DNA of 64,000 nucleotides from an uncultured Alphaproteobacteria bacterium (GTDB lineage: Bacteria; Pseudomonadota; Alphaproteobacteria; Rhodobacterales; Rhodobacteraceae): positions 2,093,337 through 2,157,336 of the forward strand of contig CAWHTQ010000019.1 in NCBI GenBank assembly GCA_963832275.1. The letters run 5' to 3'. The notes beneath the pieces were generated by a model. The model worked only from the letters and a program-made list of their open reading frames with translations, ran no database searches and was not told the DNA's origin. Made by a program: the position numbers and the translations under genes. Shown in pieces: positions 40,896-51,191 of this stretch (positions are counted from its first letter, which is position 1; the number at the start of each line of letters is the position of its first letter).

Positions 40896-41183
40896 ATGTC
40901 CATCGACATTCCGACCGCGCGCCGCGTCGCCGCCCTCGCGCGCATCCGCGTCGAGGAGGAGGCCCTGCCGGCGCTGGCGGAGGACTTCAACCGCATCCTG
41001 GGGTTCGTGGAGCAACTCGAGGAGGTCGACGTGGAGGGCACCCCGCCGATGACCGGCGTGACACCCATGCGCCTGAAGCGGCGCGAGGACGTCGTGACGA
41101 CGGGCGACATGGCCGATCGCATCCTGGCCAACGCGCCCCTGGCGCGGGAGGGGTTCTTCGCGGTGCCGAAGGTGGTGGAATGA
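40896..41183 (+). CDS. gatC: Asp-tRNA(Asn)/Glu-tRNA(Gln) amidotransferase subunit C
   Basis: 95 aa [41 protein letters not shown].... Confidence 0.85.
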   Translation: MSIDIPTARRVAALARIRVEEEALPALAEDFNRILGFVEQLEEVDVEGTPPMTGVTPMRLKRREDVVTTGDMADRILANAPLAREGFFAVPKVVE

Positions 41184-42661
41184 GCGGCGCGAACGCCCTG
41201 ACCATCGCCGAGGCGCGCGCGCGGCTGCGCGCCGGGGACCTGACCGCCGCCGACCTGACCGAGGCCTGCATCGCCGCGAGCGAGGCGGCGGGCGCCCTGA
41301 ACGCCGTGGTGCACCCGACCTACGAGATCGCGCGCTCCCAGGCCGATGCAGCCGACGAGCGGCTGGGGCAGGGCGGCGCGCCGGACCTGTGCGGCATCCC
41401 GCTGGGAATCAAGGACCTCTTCTGCACCCGGGGCGTGCCGTCGCAGGCCGGGAGCCGCATCTTGGAGGGCTTCCGGCCGGAATACGAAAGCACCGTGACG
41501 CGTCTGCTCTGGGACCAGGGCGCGGTGATGGTCGGCAAGCTCAACATGGACGAGTTCGCCATGGGCTCGTCCAACGAGACCAGCACCTATGGCGACGTGG
41601 TCAGCCCCTGGAAGGCCGCGGACGGCGCCCGGCTGACGCCCGGCGGCTCCTCGGGCGGCTCGGCGGCGGCGGTCGCGGCGGACCTTGTGCTGGGGGCGAC
41701 GGGCACCGATACCGGCGGCTCGATCCGGCAGCCCGCCGCCTTCACCGGCATCGTCGGGATGAAGCCGACCTACGGACGCTGCTCGCGCTGGGGCATCGTC
41801 GCGTTCGCCAGCAGCCTCGACCAGGCCGGACCGATGACGCGCACCGTGCGCGACGCCGCGATCCTGGGCCGCGCGATGATGGGGCACGATCCGCTGGACA
41901 GCACCTCCGCCGATCGCGAGGTGCCCGATTTCGAGGCGATGATCGACGCGGGCGTCGCGGGCAAGGTGATCGGCCTGCCGCGCGAGTACCGGATGGACGG
42001 CATGCCGGACGCGATCGAGGCGCTCTGGGCCCGCGGCGCCGAGATGCTGCGCGACGCGGGCGCGCAGACGCGGGATATCTCCCTGCCGCACACGAAGTAC
42101 GCCCTGCCGGCGTACTACGTGATCGCGCCCGCGGAGGCGTCCTCGAACCTCGCGCGGTACGACGGCGTGCGGTACGGCCGCAGGGCCGAGACCGCACCGG
42201 GCGCGGGCATCACCGAGATGTACGAGCGCACCCGCGCCGAAGGGTTCGGCGCGGAGGTGCAGCGCCGCGTGATGATCGGCACCTACGTGCTCTCGGCCGG
42301 GTTCTACGACGCCTACTACAACCGCGCGCGCCGGGTCCGCACCCTGATCGCGCGGGATTTCGAGGCGGCGTTCGCGAGCGGTGTCGACGCGATCCTGACG
42401 CCGGCCACCCCGTCCGCGGCCTTCCCCCTGGGGAGCGCGTCGGACGATCCGGTGCAGATGTACCTCAACGACGTCTTCACCGTGACGGTGAACCTCGCTG
42501 GCCTGCCCGGCATCTCGGTCCCCGCCGGGCTCGATGCCGCCGGCCTGCCGCTCGGGCTGCAGCTCATCGGGCGGCCGTGGGAGGAGGGCGAGATGCTCGC
42601 TGCCGCACAGGTGATCGAGGATCGGGCCGGCTTCGTCGCCAAGCCCGCGCGCTGGTGGTAG
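41180..42661 (+). CDS. gatA: Glutamyl-tRNA(Gln) amidotransferase subunit A
   Basis: 493 aa with amidase signature [13 protein letters not shown] and the Ser-cisSer-Lys triad context. ATGA overlap with gatC. Confidence 0.9.
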   Translation: MSGANALTIAEARARLRAGDLTAADLTEACIAASEAAGALNAVVHPTYEIARSQADAADERLGQGGAPDLCGIPLGIKDLFCTRGVPSQAGSRILEGFRPEYESTVTRLLWDQGAVMVGKLNMDEFAMGSSNETSTYGDVVSPWKAADGARLTPGGSSGGSAAAVAADLVLGATGTDTGGSIRQPAAFTGIVGMKPTYGRCSRWGIVAFASSLDQAGPMTRTVRDAAILGRAMMGHDPLDSTSADREVPDFEAMIDAGVAGKVIGLPREYRMDGMPDAIEALWARGAEMLRDAGAQTRDISLPHTKYALPAYYVIAPAEASSNLARYDGVRYGRRAETAPGAGITEMYERTRAEGFGAEVQRRVMIGTYVLSAGFYDAYYNRARRVRTLIARDFEAAFASGVDAILTPATPSAAFPLGSASDDPVQMYLNDVFTVTVNLAGLPGISVPAGLDAAGLPLGLQLIGRPWEEGEMLAAAQVIEDRAGFVAKPARWW

Positions 42662-42692
42662 ACCGGCCGGACGCTTCACCCGGAGGCCCCTC

Positions 42693-43548
42693 GATGCGAT
42701 CACATCACGCCGCGCTCGCGCCCGCCCTGATCGCGAGGCCTGCTGGCCGCCTGCGCCGGCCCAGCGCCCACGCCGGGCGCCTTCGGGGGCTCGCCCTCGA
42801 CGCCGGCCCCCTTCGGCAACGAAAGCGTGTTCACCGGCTCGGGCGTCGGCCTCGACACGCCCGCCGCCCGCGCCCGCCGTGACGCCGAGCTGCGCGGGAC
42901 CGCGGTGCCCGGCGACATCTTCGCGCCCGGCGCGGTCCGGTCGCAGGCGCTGCCCCCGGGGGGGGCGCCGCCGCCCGCGACGGGCGCGCAGCCGCTCCCG
43001 GGCGGCGGACTCGACCCCGGGGTCGTCGCGGCCGTCGAGGGCGCGGTGAACCCCGGCGAGGCCCCGTTCGGCGGGCAGGTGCGAGGCGGCGCCTCGACCT
43101 TCCCGCCGGCGTCGGGGCAGGGGGCGTTCGGTGCGCCGGCACCGGCGCCGGCCAACGCGCCCGGCATCTCGGACGAGCAGGACTTCTCCGCCGTCTCGGG
43201 GCGGCAGACCATCGAATCGGATGCGGCCCGCATCGCCCGCAACCGCGCCGACTACGTCCAGATCCAGCCCGAGGCCCTGCCGGAGCGGCCCGCCGCCTCC
43301 GGTCCGAACGTCGCGGCCTACGCGGTCTCGACCACCAACGCGGTCGGCGAGGCGGTCCACCGCCGCGGCGGCATCTTCGCCAGCTCGCGCTTCGAGCGGG
43401 CCTGCGCCGGTACCGCTCGCCCGACGCGGCGCAAGCCGCCTTCCTCGAGCGGGGCGGGCCGGAGCGTGACCGGCTCGGCATCGACCCAGACGGCGACGGC
43501 TTCGCCTGCGGCTGGGACCCGGCCCCCTTCCGCCGCGCGGCCGGTTGA
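42693..43548 (+). pseudogene. Lipoprotein with Pro/Gly/Ala-rich linker and C-terminal Excalibur Ca-binding domain, two frameshifts
   Basis: ATG with GGAGG RBS. MRSHHAALAPALIA, then (after an inserted a at ~42735) GLLAACAGPAPTPG lipobox, a low-complexity region, and after a second shift (~43398) ...IDPDGDGFACGWDP, the Excalibur DxDxDGxxCE motif. Confidence 0.5.
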
Positions 43549-44219
43549 CGCCCGGACGAACGGGACCGGTCTCGCCCAATCACGGGCCGCGGCGCGGCGG
43601 CGGGCCGGTGGACATGGTCGTCCTGCATTACACGGCGATGTCCGACGCGCCCGCCGCGCTGGCGCGGCTCTGCGATCCGGCGTTCGAGGTCTCGGCCCAC
43701 TGGCTCGTGGACCGGGACGGTCGGCGCACGTCCCTCGTGCCGGAGGACCGCCGTGCCTGGCATGCGGGCGCGGGGCGATGGGGCGACGTCCTCGACGTGA
43801 ATTCCCGGTCCGTCGGGATCGAGCTGGACAACGACGGCGCCGCCCCGTTTCCCGAGGCGCAGATCGACGCCCTGATCGCCTTGCTGCGCGGGGTCCTGAC
43901 GCGCGCATCCGGCGATCCGTCCGGAGCGCGTGCTGGCCCATTCCGACGTGGCGCCCGTCGCGCAAGGTCGATCCGGGCCCGTTGTTCCCCTGGCGCTACC
44001 TGGCCGAGGAGGGCCTGTCGGTATGGCCGGACGCGCCCGGCTCCGGCGCGGCGCTTGGAGGCCAGCCTCACGCGAATCGGCTACGATCCAGACGCGCCCG
44101 CCGCCGATCGGTTGAGGGCGTTCCGCCTGCGGTTCCGCCCCGGCGCGGCCGGCGGCCCGGACGCCGAGGACGCGGCCCGGGCGGCCACGATCGCCGCGCG
44201 CTGGCCCTGCGGCGCTTGA
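43545..44219 (+). pseudogene. ampD: N-acetylmuramoyl-L-alanine amidase (anhydro-MurNAc-peptide amidase-like), three indels within ~150 nt
   Basis: VSPNHGPRRGGGPVDMVVLHYTAM...AHWLVDRDG...RAWHAGAG...SVGIELDN, then ...HSDVAPVA / RKVDPGPLFPW / ...EASLTRIGYDPD in three frames. Inferred events are an inserted g (~43902), a 2-nt deletion in a gcgcgc run (~43955) and an inserted t (~44050). Confidence 0.6.
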
Positions 44220-44239
44220 CCGGCCCCGCGGGGGCGCCT

Positions 44240-44618
44240 ACCGGCGGCCTCGCGCGGATGGCTGGATGACCGCGGCCCGCACGGGTCGAGGAAAGTCCGG
44301 ACTCCATGGAAAGGACGGTGCCGGGTAACGCCCGGCCGGCGAGAGCCGAGGGAAAGCGCCACAGAGAAGAGACCGCCCGCATCCGTGCGGGCAAGGGTGA
44401 AACGGTGGGGTAAGGGCCCACCGCGGACCGGGCGACCGGGACGGCATGGCAAGCCCCACCGGGAGCAACGCCGAATAGGGACCCCGAATCGGCGCTTCCG
44501 GCCGGGGGTCCGGGTTGGCGGCTCGACCGCCCCGGCGACGGGTGCGGCAGATGAATGGTCATCCAGGGCGCTTCGGCGCCCGGACAGAATCCGGCTTACA
44601 GGCCGTCCGCGCGCCATT
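44240..44618 (+). ncRNA. rnpB: RNase P RNA, bacterial type A
   Basis: GAGGAAAGTCCGGACTCC (P4 5' strand), GGTAACGCCCGGC, GGGAAAGCGCCACAGAGAAGAGACCGCC, GGGCAAGGGTGAAACGGTGGGGTAAGGGCCCACC, AGGGA and ACAGAATCCGGCTTAC (P4 3' strand). 5'/3' ends can pair (P1). Boundaries are +/-10 nt. Confidence 0.85.
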
Positions 44619-44695
44619 TCTGTCCCTTCGTTTAAGGTCTCGTTAAACGTCCAGTGGCGTTAGTCGTTGCGAACGGTGACAGCTGGAGGCGCCTC

Positions 44696-45137
44696 ATGAC
44701 CACGACGACACGGCCCGTCCCGCGCGGGATGGCGCCCGCCGCGCCGCCGCAGTTCTCGCTCGCCTTCCTGCGCCGCAGCACCGACGTCGTGCAGCTCCTT
44801 GACGCCCGGGGGCCGAGTGACCTTCACCAACGCCAGGCCGCGCGGCTCGGACGGCGTGGCCACCGGGCCGCGCCCCATATGGGGCGTCGAGCTCTGGGAG
44901 TTCTGGCCGAGCGAGGCGAGGAGCCAGGTGCGCGACGCCGTCGCCCGCGCCGCGCGCGGCCAGTGCGTCCGGTTCCGCGCCGACGCTGCTCGACCCGTCG
45001 GAGGTCATGCGCGAACATGACGTCATGATCACCCCGATCGAGGGGCCCGAGGACGCGCCGACCGCCTTGATGGCGGTCTCACGCGCGGTCGGGCCCGAGG
45101 CACCCGTCCGAGCCGGCCGATCCCGGGGTCGCCGACC
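44696..45137 (+). pseudogene. Hypothetical small protein, possibly PAS-like, split over three frames
   Basis: ATG with GGAGG RBS. Protein-like segments MTTTTRPVPRGMAPAAPPQFSLAFLRRSTDVVQLLDARG / RVTFTNA...WGVELWEFWPSEARSQVRDAVARAARGQCVRFRADAA / [36 protein letters not shown] in successive frames. The family assignment is weak. Confidence 0.3.
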
Positions 45138-45248
45138 TCGGGGTTGACCGCCCGGCCGCTGCGCGTAGAAGGCGCGGACGCGGCCCGTGCGCGCGGCCCC
45201 GGCCGCGCGCGCGCCGCACCTCATCCTAGCCGCAGGAGCCTCCGAGCC

Positions 45249-45416
45249 ATGGCGAAGCCGACGACCATCAAGATCCGCCTGAACTCGACCGCGGGCACCG
45301 GCCATTTCTACGTGACCAAGAAGAACGCCCGCACGATGACCGAGAAGTTCTCGATCCGGAAGTTCGATCCGGTCGCCCGCAAGCATGTCGAGTACAAGGA
45401 AGGCAAGATCAAGTGA
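45249..45416 (+). CDS. rpmG: 50S ribosomal protein L33
   Basis: [55 protein letters not shown], 55 aa. Confidence 0.9.
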   Translation: MAKPTTIKIRLNSTAGTGHFYVTKKNARTMTEKFSIRKFDPVARKHVEYKEGKIK

Positions 45417-45505
45417 TCCGCCGGGGCGCGCGCGCGCCCCGCGCTGATCCAGCCTGCCGACCTGCCGCGTCTGAATCCGGTCCCTCCATCGCGGCGTGGG
45501 TCGCC

Positions 45506-46017
45506 ATGACCGACGTCGTGACGATCCGGACGGCCACGCCGCGCGACCTCGCGGCGGTCGATCTGCTGCTCTCGCGCAGCTATCCGCGTCTGCTCGCCGC
45601 CGACTACCCCCCGTCCATCGCTCGTGATGGCCGTGCCGCTGCATCGCGCGCGCGAACCCCGCGCTCCTTCGCTCCGGGACCTATCTCGTGGCGGAGAGCC
45701 CGAACGGCGCCATCGTCGCGGCGGGGGGGTGGACCCGCACGGCCGCCGGGGCCGACGCGGGCATGGCCGATACGGGACATGTCCGCCATCTCGCGACGGA
45801 TCCGGATCACCTGCGCCGGGGTTTCGCCGCCGCCATCCTGTCCCGCGTCATGATCGAGGCGCGCGGCGCGGGTCATGCGCCGTCTGGCGTGCCTCTCCAC
45901 GTTCACGGCCGTCCCGTTCTACACCGCACAGGGCTTCGGGAGGGTCGAGGCGGTGACGATCCCGCTCCGGCGCGGCATCGCGTTCCCCGCCGTCTCGATG
46001 CTAAGGGAGCTGCGCTA
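45506..46017 (+). pseudogene. GNAT-family N-acetyltransferase, two frameshifts
   Basis: MTDVVTIRTATPRDLAAVDLLLSRSYPRLL..., then ...TYLVAESPNGAIVAAGGWTR...RHLATDPDHLRRGFAAAILSRV..., then ...RRLACLSTFTAVPFYTAQGFGRVEAV... in three frames. Confidence 0.5.
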
Positions 46018-46082
46018 GGGCCGGACGCGAGAAGGGCCGGCACGAGGCCGGCCCTTCGGGATCGTCAGATGCCGCGCCGCGG

Positions 46083-46856
46083 TCACTCGCGGTTGCCGAA
46101 GAGCTGCAGCAGGAACATGAACATGTTGATGAAGTTCAGGTACAGCGACAGCGCGCCCATGATCGCGGCCTTGCCGAGCCATTCCTGATCGCCATGCGCG
46201 GCATGCGCGACGTACTCGGTCTTGATGCGCTGCGTGTCGTAGGCGGTGAGGCCCGCGAAGATCAGCACGCCGAGGATCGAGATCGCGAACACCATCGCCG
46301 GCGATTGCAGGAAGATGTTGACGACCATCGCGACCACGAGGCCGATCACGCCCATGATGAGGAACGTGCCCATCGCGGAGAGGTCGCGTCTTCGTCGTGT
46401 AGCCGTAGAGCGAGAGGCCGGCGAAGGCGATCGAGGTGATGAGGAAGATCTGCGCGATCGACGTGCCGGTGAACACGAGGAAGATCGAGCTGATCGACAG
46501 GCCCATCGTCGCGGCGAAGGCGTAGAACGACCAGCTGCGCCGTGGCGGCCGACATCTTGTTGATCATCGCCGACATGCCGAACACGAAGGCCAGCGGGGC
46601 CAGCATCACGACCCAGCGCAGCGGCGAGGTGTAGAGCGCGCACGCCGAGATCGGTCAGGTAGCGGTCGGCGCCGATCTGCGCGGCCGTCGGCACGGTCGT
46701 GACCGCGAGGCCGGCGATCGCCCACGCCGCGGCGAAGGTGATCAGCATGCCCACGGACATCGTGCCGTAGACCTTGTTCATGTGGGCGCGAAGGCCCGTG
46801 TCGATCGCGGCGGTGCGTGTGCCCGCACCAGCGCGGATCGCCTGATAGTCAGCCAT
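46083..46856 (-). pseudogene. Bax-inhibitor-1/YccA-family membrane protein, three frameshifts
   Basis: MADYQAIRAG...MNKVYGTMSVGMLITFAAAWAIAG / ALYTSPLRWVVMLAPLAFVFGMSAMINKMSAATAQ / SFYAFAATMGLSISSIFLVF...GYTTKT / RDLSAMGTFLIMG...LLQLFGNRE. Each junction fits a single-base insertion. Confidence 0.6.
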
Positions 46857-46987
46857 TCATGACCTCCATTCGAAGCGGAACCGCCCGGCCGCCACCACGG
46901 CATCCGGGTCTCCTGGCACGAATATCGGGCCGCGGGACGCGCCTTTCAAGAGAGCAACCGGCGAGCCGGGCGCCCTTTTTCGTGGCC

Positions 46988-47198
46988 TTAGCGGCGGTGC
47001 GGCGACAGGTCCCAGAACGGGCGCGCCGCCTCGCGATCGGCTTGGGCGCGGGTCAGGCCGAGATCGCCGAGCGCGGCGTCGTTCAGCCGCGCGAGGGCGG
47101 CGCGCTCGGCCGCGTGCGCGGGCCATCAGGGACAGCGCGGAGAGCGCGGAGCGCCCGGCGGCGTGGCGATGGGCGCGGGAGAGGGCGGGAGCGAACAT
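46988..47198 (-). pseudogene. DUF1127-domain small protein, one frameshift
   Basis: MFAPALSRAHRHAAGRSALSALSLMA, then in the other frame AHAAERAALARLNDAALGDLGLTRAQADREAARPFW, the DUF1127 L-x-DIGL-x-R...PFW motif. Divergent from a LysR gene, a common arrangement. Confidence 0.5.
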
Positions 47199-47223
47199 GA
47201 TCGGGTCCTTCGGTTCATGATGG

Positions 47224-47262
47224 GTGTTGATCATCTGGGCGCCGATTGCGATATTCATCAAA
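47224..47262 (+). promoter_or_regulatory. Candidate LysR-type operator in the DUF1127/LysR divergent intergenic region
   Basis: TTGCGAT-N23-ATCGCAA perfect 7-bp inverted repeat (ttgcgatattcatcaaacgactaattcgcatcgcaa) within the only AT-rich stretch of the 100-nt spacer. Confidence 0.3.
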
Positions 47263-47298
47263 CGACTAATTCGCATCGCAACCATCAGGTCCTGTGAT

Positions 47299-48179
47299 AT
47301 GTCCCGAACCCTCGACCCGTCCGCCCTGCGCGCCCTCGTCGCCATCGCCGATGCCGGCGGCGTCACGCGGGCCGCGGCCGCCCTGCACCGGACGCAAAGC
47401 GCGGTCTCGATGCAGATCAAACGGTTGGAGGACGCTCTGGGCGCTCGGCTGCTGGATCGCGGCGGGCGCGGGGTCACCCTGACGCCCGCGGGCGAGCAGC
47501 TCCTCGGGTATGCGCGGCGCATCCTCGCCCTCAACGACGAGGCGTGGGACCGCCTGACGCATGAGGCCTACGAGGGGGAGATCACGCTCGGGGTGCCGCA
47601 CGACGTCGTGCAGCCGGCGATCCCCGGCGTGCTGCGCCGCTTCGCCGGGCGATTCCCGCGCATGGAGCTGCGCCTGATCACCGGCAACACGGCCGAGCTG
47701 CGCGTGCGTCATGCCCGCGGCGCGATGGACGTGATCGTCACGACCGAGCGGGCCGTCGGTCCGGGCGGGGAGGTGCTGGCCCGCCACGCCCTGCGCTGGA
47801 CCGGCGCGCCCGGCGGGCGGGCGCATCGCGAGCGGCCCCTGCCCATCGCCTTCGAACGGGACTGCATCTTCCGGCCCGACGTGACGGCGCGGCTGGCCGC
47901 CGCCGGGATCGCCTGGCGCATGGTGACCGATACGAGCAGCTTGCGGACCGTCGAGGCGGTGGTCTGCGCCGATCTGGCGGTGCACGCGGTGCTCGAGGGG
48001 ACGACGATGGGCGGCATGGCGCCGCTGGGCGCGGAGGCCGGGCTGCCGGCGCTGGAGGATTGGTGCATCGGCCTGTACCTCCCGGCGGCGCCGGCGCTCC
48101 GGCGGCGGCGCTCGGTGCCCTGTTGCGCGAGGGCTACGGCGGGGCCGCGATCGTGCCGGCGGCCGTCCAGGCCGCGTGA
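47299..48179 (+). pseudogene. LysR-family transcriptional regulator, frameshift near the 3' end
   Basis: HTH MSRTLDPSALRALVAIADAGGVTRAAAALHRTQSAVSMQIKRLE, then a LysR substrate-binding domain. After ...GLYLPAAPA the natural C-terminus (PAAALGALLREGYGGAAIVPAAVQAA-stop at 48179) is in another frame. Confidence 0.7.
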
Positions 48180-48412
48180 TCGGCTGGGGATCGCCGATCG
48201 GATGGCTCGCGCGGAGGGGGTGTCGGCGGGGACGCGCACAATTCTAATTATCTCGGCCGAGATGCGTTCCAGCACTTGGCGTGTAGCGCGACTGCGCTTA
48301 TCCAGGGGACAGGTCACCGCGATCGAGGAGGCGGATGGCACGTGGCAGCATGCCGGGTGTCGAACGCCGGTCGTATATACTAGTTTGCAGCAATGCTCCC
48401 GGAGGACGTTTC

Positions 48413-48778
48413 ATGAGCGACAGGCACCGTGTCGACATCCATGTCGGCAAGCGCGTGCGGCAGCGCCGCTGGATGATCGGGATGACGCAGCAGCAGCTGG
48501 CCGACCTGGTGGGCATCAAGTTCCAGCAGATCCAGAAGTACGAGACCGGCGCCAACCGTGTCAGCGCCTCGCGGCTCTACGACATCGCCGAGGCGATGGA
48601 CGCGCCGGTCGCCTTCTTCTTCGAGGGGGTGGACGCGCGCCGGGCGCCGACGGGCGGCATCGTCGGGGACCTGCTCGCCGACAAGGAGGCGCTGGCGCTG
48701 GTGCGGTCCTACTACGCGATCCCCGAGAACCAGAGGCGGCAGCTCTTCGAGCTCGCGCGCGTGCTGTCGGCGGCGTGA
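48413..48778 (+). CDS. XRE-family HTH transcriptional regulator
   Basis: MSDRHRVDIHVGKRVRQRRWMIGMTQQQLADLVGIKFQQIQKYETGANRVSASRLYDIAEAM (Cro/C1 HTH). GGAGGA RBS. Preceded by a ~230-nt AT-richer leader. Confidence 0.8.
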   Translation: MSDRHRVDIHVGKRVRQRRWMIGMTQQQLADLVGIKFQQIQKYETGANRVSASRLYDIAEAMDAPVAFFFEGVDARRAPTGGIVGDLLADKEALALVRSYYAIPENQRRQLFELARVLSAA

Positions 48779-49573
48779 CCGCGCCGGATATCGACGAACT
48801 TCAACGGGTTGCGGACGCGCTGGCGGATGCGGCGGCGGCGCAGACGCTGCCGCGATTCCGGCGGCCGATGGCGGCTGAGGACAAGGGCGGGCCGGGCGGC
48901 GGCTTCGATCCGGTGACCGAGGCGGACCGCGCCGCGGAGGCGGCGATGCGGGCCGTGCTCGCGCGGCTGCGGCCCGATGACGGCATCCTGGGCGAGGAGG
49001 AGGGGCGCGGTGCGCGGGACCTCCGGCCTGACCTGGGTGCTCGATCCGATCGACGGGACGCGGGCGTACCTCGCGGGGGCGCCGACCTGGGGCACGCTCA
49101 TCGCCTGCGGGCCGGATGGCGGCGCGCCGATCCTGGGGATCGTCGACCAGCCGTATATCGGGGAGCGGTTCGCGGGCGGGCCGGACGGTGCCACCGATCA
49201 CGCGAGGAACGGACCGTAAGATACTGCGAACGCGGGAGGTCCGCGGGCTGGATGAGGCGATCCTGCTTCGACCTTTCCGGAGGTGGGCACGCCGCAGGAG
49301 GCGGCGGCCTTCGGGCGGGTGGCGGCGCGGGCGCGGCTCACGCGCTACGGGCTTGACTGCTACGGCTACGCGCTGGTCGCGGGCGGCCATGCGGACCTGG
49401 TGATCGAGGCGGGACTGGCGCCCTACGACATCCAGGGGCCGATGGCGGTGGTTCGCGCGGCCGGCGGGATCGTGACCGACTGGGAGGGCGGGCGCGCCGA
49501 ATGCGGGTGGGCGGATCGTCGCCGCCGGATGCGCGGCGGTCCATGCGGCGGCCGTCACGCGGCTGCGTGGTGA
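48775..49573 (+). pseudogene. Inositol-monophosphatase-family protein (HisN-like histidinol-phosphatase), at least 4 frameshifts
   Basis: GTG overlapping the XRE stop (GTGA). ...FDPVTEADRAAEAAMRAVL...GEEEG / LTWVLDPIDGTRAYLAG...WGTLIA / ITRGTDRKILRTREVRGLDEAILL / STFPEVGTPQEAAAFGRVAA...YGYALVAGGHADLVIEAGLAPYDIQGPMAVV in successive frames. Confidence 0.55.
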
Positions 49574-49577
49574 CTGA

Positions 49578-49690
49578 CCGGCGCGGCCGCGTGCACATGA
49601 GGTGGCGTGACGCCCTTTCCGTTCGTCGATGCCGATGCACATTCCATGCACAACCCATGCACCGGCCATGCGCATCGGGTGCGCCGGGGC
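49578..49690. repeat. Intergenic element with tandem CCATGCAC(A)-type units (copy 2)
   Basis: ggcgcggccgcgtgcacatgagg...gatgcacattccatgcacaacccatgcaccggccatgcgcatcgggtgcgcc, between convergent gene ends. Shares GGCGCGGCCG and CCATGCACAACCCATGCAC with the reverse complement of copy 1. Confidence 0.5.
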
Positions 49691-49759
49691 CCCTGGGGCG
49701 GGCCGCAGGCCCGCGGCGCCGGCGGAGCGGCCCGGCAGGGTCGGCGACGACGGCGCCCC

Positions 49760-51050
49760 CTAGCCCGATGCGCGCCGCCCCATGACGTAGACCGCCCGCA
49801 CGGCGCGGTCGTCGCCCATCATGATGGTGGGGAACAGCGCCTCCCAGGCGTCGTCCGCCCGCGCGGCGCGCTGCGCGATGGCGGGGGTGGAGGCGAGGTC
49901 GAGCACGGTCAGATCCGCCTCCAGCCCCGGGGCGATGCGGCCGATCCGGTGCGCCCAGCGCAGGGCGTCGGCGCCGGCGGCGGTGGCGAGCCAGAGGAGC
50001 TGCGCGGGGTGCAGGGCGGTGCCGGCGAGCTGTCCGAGCTCGTAGGCCGCGGCCATGGTGCGGAGCATCGAGAAGGAGGAGCCGCCGCCCGTGTCGGTGG
50101 CGAGCGCGACGGCGGATCCCGTCGGCGCCGCCGGCCCGCGACGTCCAGCACGCCCGAGCCGATGAAGGTGTTCGAGGTCGGGCAGTGGACGATGGCGGCG
50201 CCGCTCCCGGCCAGGCGGGCGCGCTCGCGAGCGGTGAGGTGGATCGCGTGGCCGAAGAGGGCGCCGGGGCCGACCAGGCCGTGCGCCTCGTAGGTGGCGA
50301 GGTAGTCGGGCGCCTCGGGGTGGAGCCGGGCGACCCAGGCGAGCTCGTCGGTCTGCTCGGAGAGGTGCGTCTGCATCGGGCAGGTCGGGGTTGGCGGCCC
50401 AGAGGGCGCCCAGCGACCGCGAGCTGCTCGGGGGTGGAGGTGGGGGTGAAGCGGGGGGTGATCGCGTAGCTCGCCCGGCCGCGCCCGTGCCAGCGCGCGA
50501 TCAGGGCGGCGCTCTCGTCATGGGCGCGGGCGGGCGTGTCGAGGAGGTCGGCGCGGGCGTTCCGGTCCATGCAGGTCTTGCCCGCGACGACGCGCATCCC
50601 GCGCGCGGCGGCGGCCTCGAAGATGGCGTCCACCGAGGCGGGGTGGGAGGTGCAGAACGTGCAGACGGTGGTGGTGCCGTTGCGCCAGCAGGAGGTCGAG
50701 ATAGGTCTCCGCGACCGGCGGCCGCATGGGCGGGATCGCCGAAGCGGGCCTCCTCGGGGAAGGTGTAGCGCTCCAGCCAGTCGATCAGGCGGGCGCCCCA
50801 GGAGGCGACGATGCCCGGTCTGCGGGTAGTGGGCGTGCGCGTCGATCAGGCCGGGCAGGATGAGGGCGGCGCCGTGATCCTCGACCGGGACGGCGGGGTG
50901 GGCGGCGCGCAGGTCGGCCAGCGTGCCGAGCGCGCGGACGTGCCCGTCCGCGATCAGGACGGCGCCGGAGGCGATGGTCATCGCCTCCTCGGGCGGGACG
51001 AGGAACGGATCGGCATGGGTGCGCAGCACCTGTCCGGCGAGGATGAGCAT
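49760..51050 (-). pseudogene. guaD: Guanine deaminase (amidohydrolase), at least 5 frameshifts
   Basis: MLILAGQVLRTHADPFLVPPEEAMTIASGAVLIADG...ILPGLIDAHAHYPQTG / IVASWGARLIDWLERYTFPEEARF / VAETYLDLLL / NGTTTVCTFCTSHPASVDAIF... / ...CPTSNTFIGSG... / C-terminal ...AVYVMGRR. Assembled from at least 5 frame segments. Confidence 0.6.
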
Positions 51051-51191
51051 GGGCGGGGCTCCGAGCGGGGCGTGCGGTCGGTCGGTGGAGGCGGGCGTAG
51101 CGCGGCGCGGCTCGCCCCCGCAAGGCGCGCTTGCGGGGGCGCCGCGGGCACCTATGGTGCCGCGATCGTCGCCGCGACCGGAGGGACGACC

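Noticed and set aside
44620-44695. tRNA or small RNA in the AT-richer stretch after rnpB
   Set aside because: No cloverleaf-compatible segments, GTTC or T-loop-like motif were found. The stretch more likely carries the promoter/RBS of the following ORF (GGAGG before ATG 44696).
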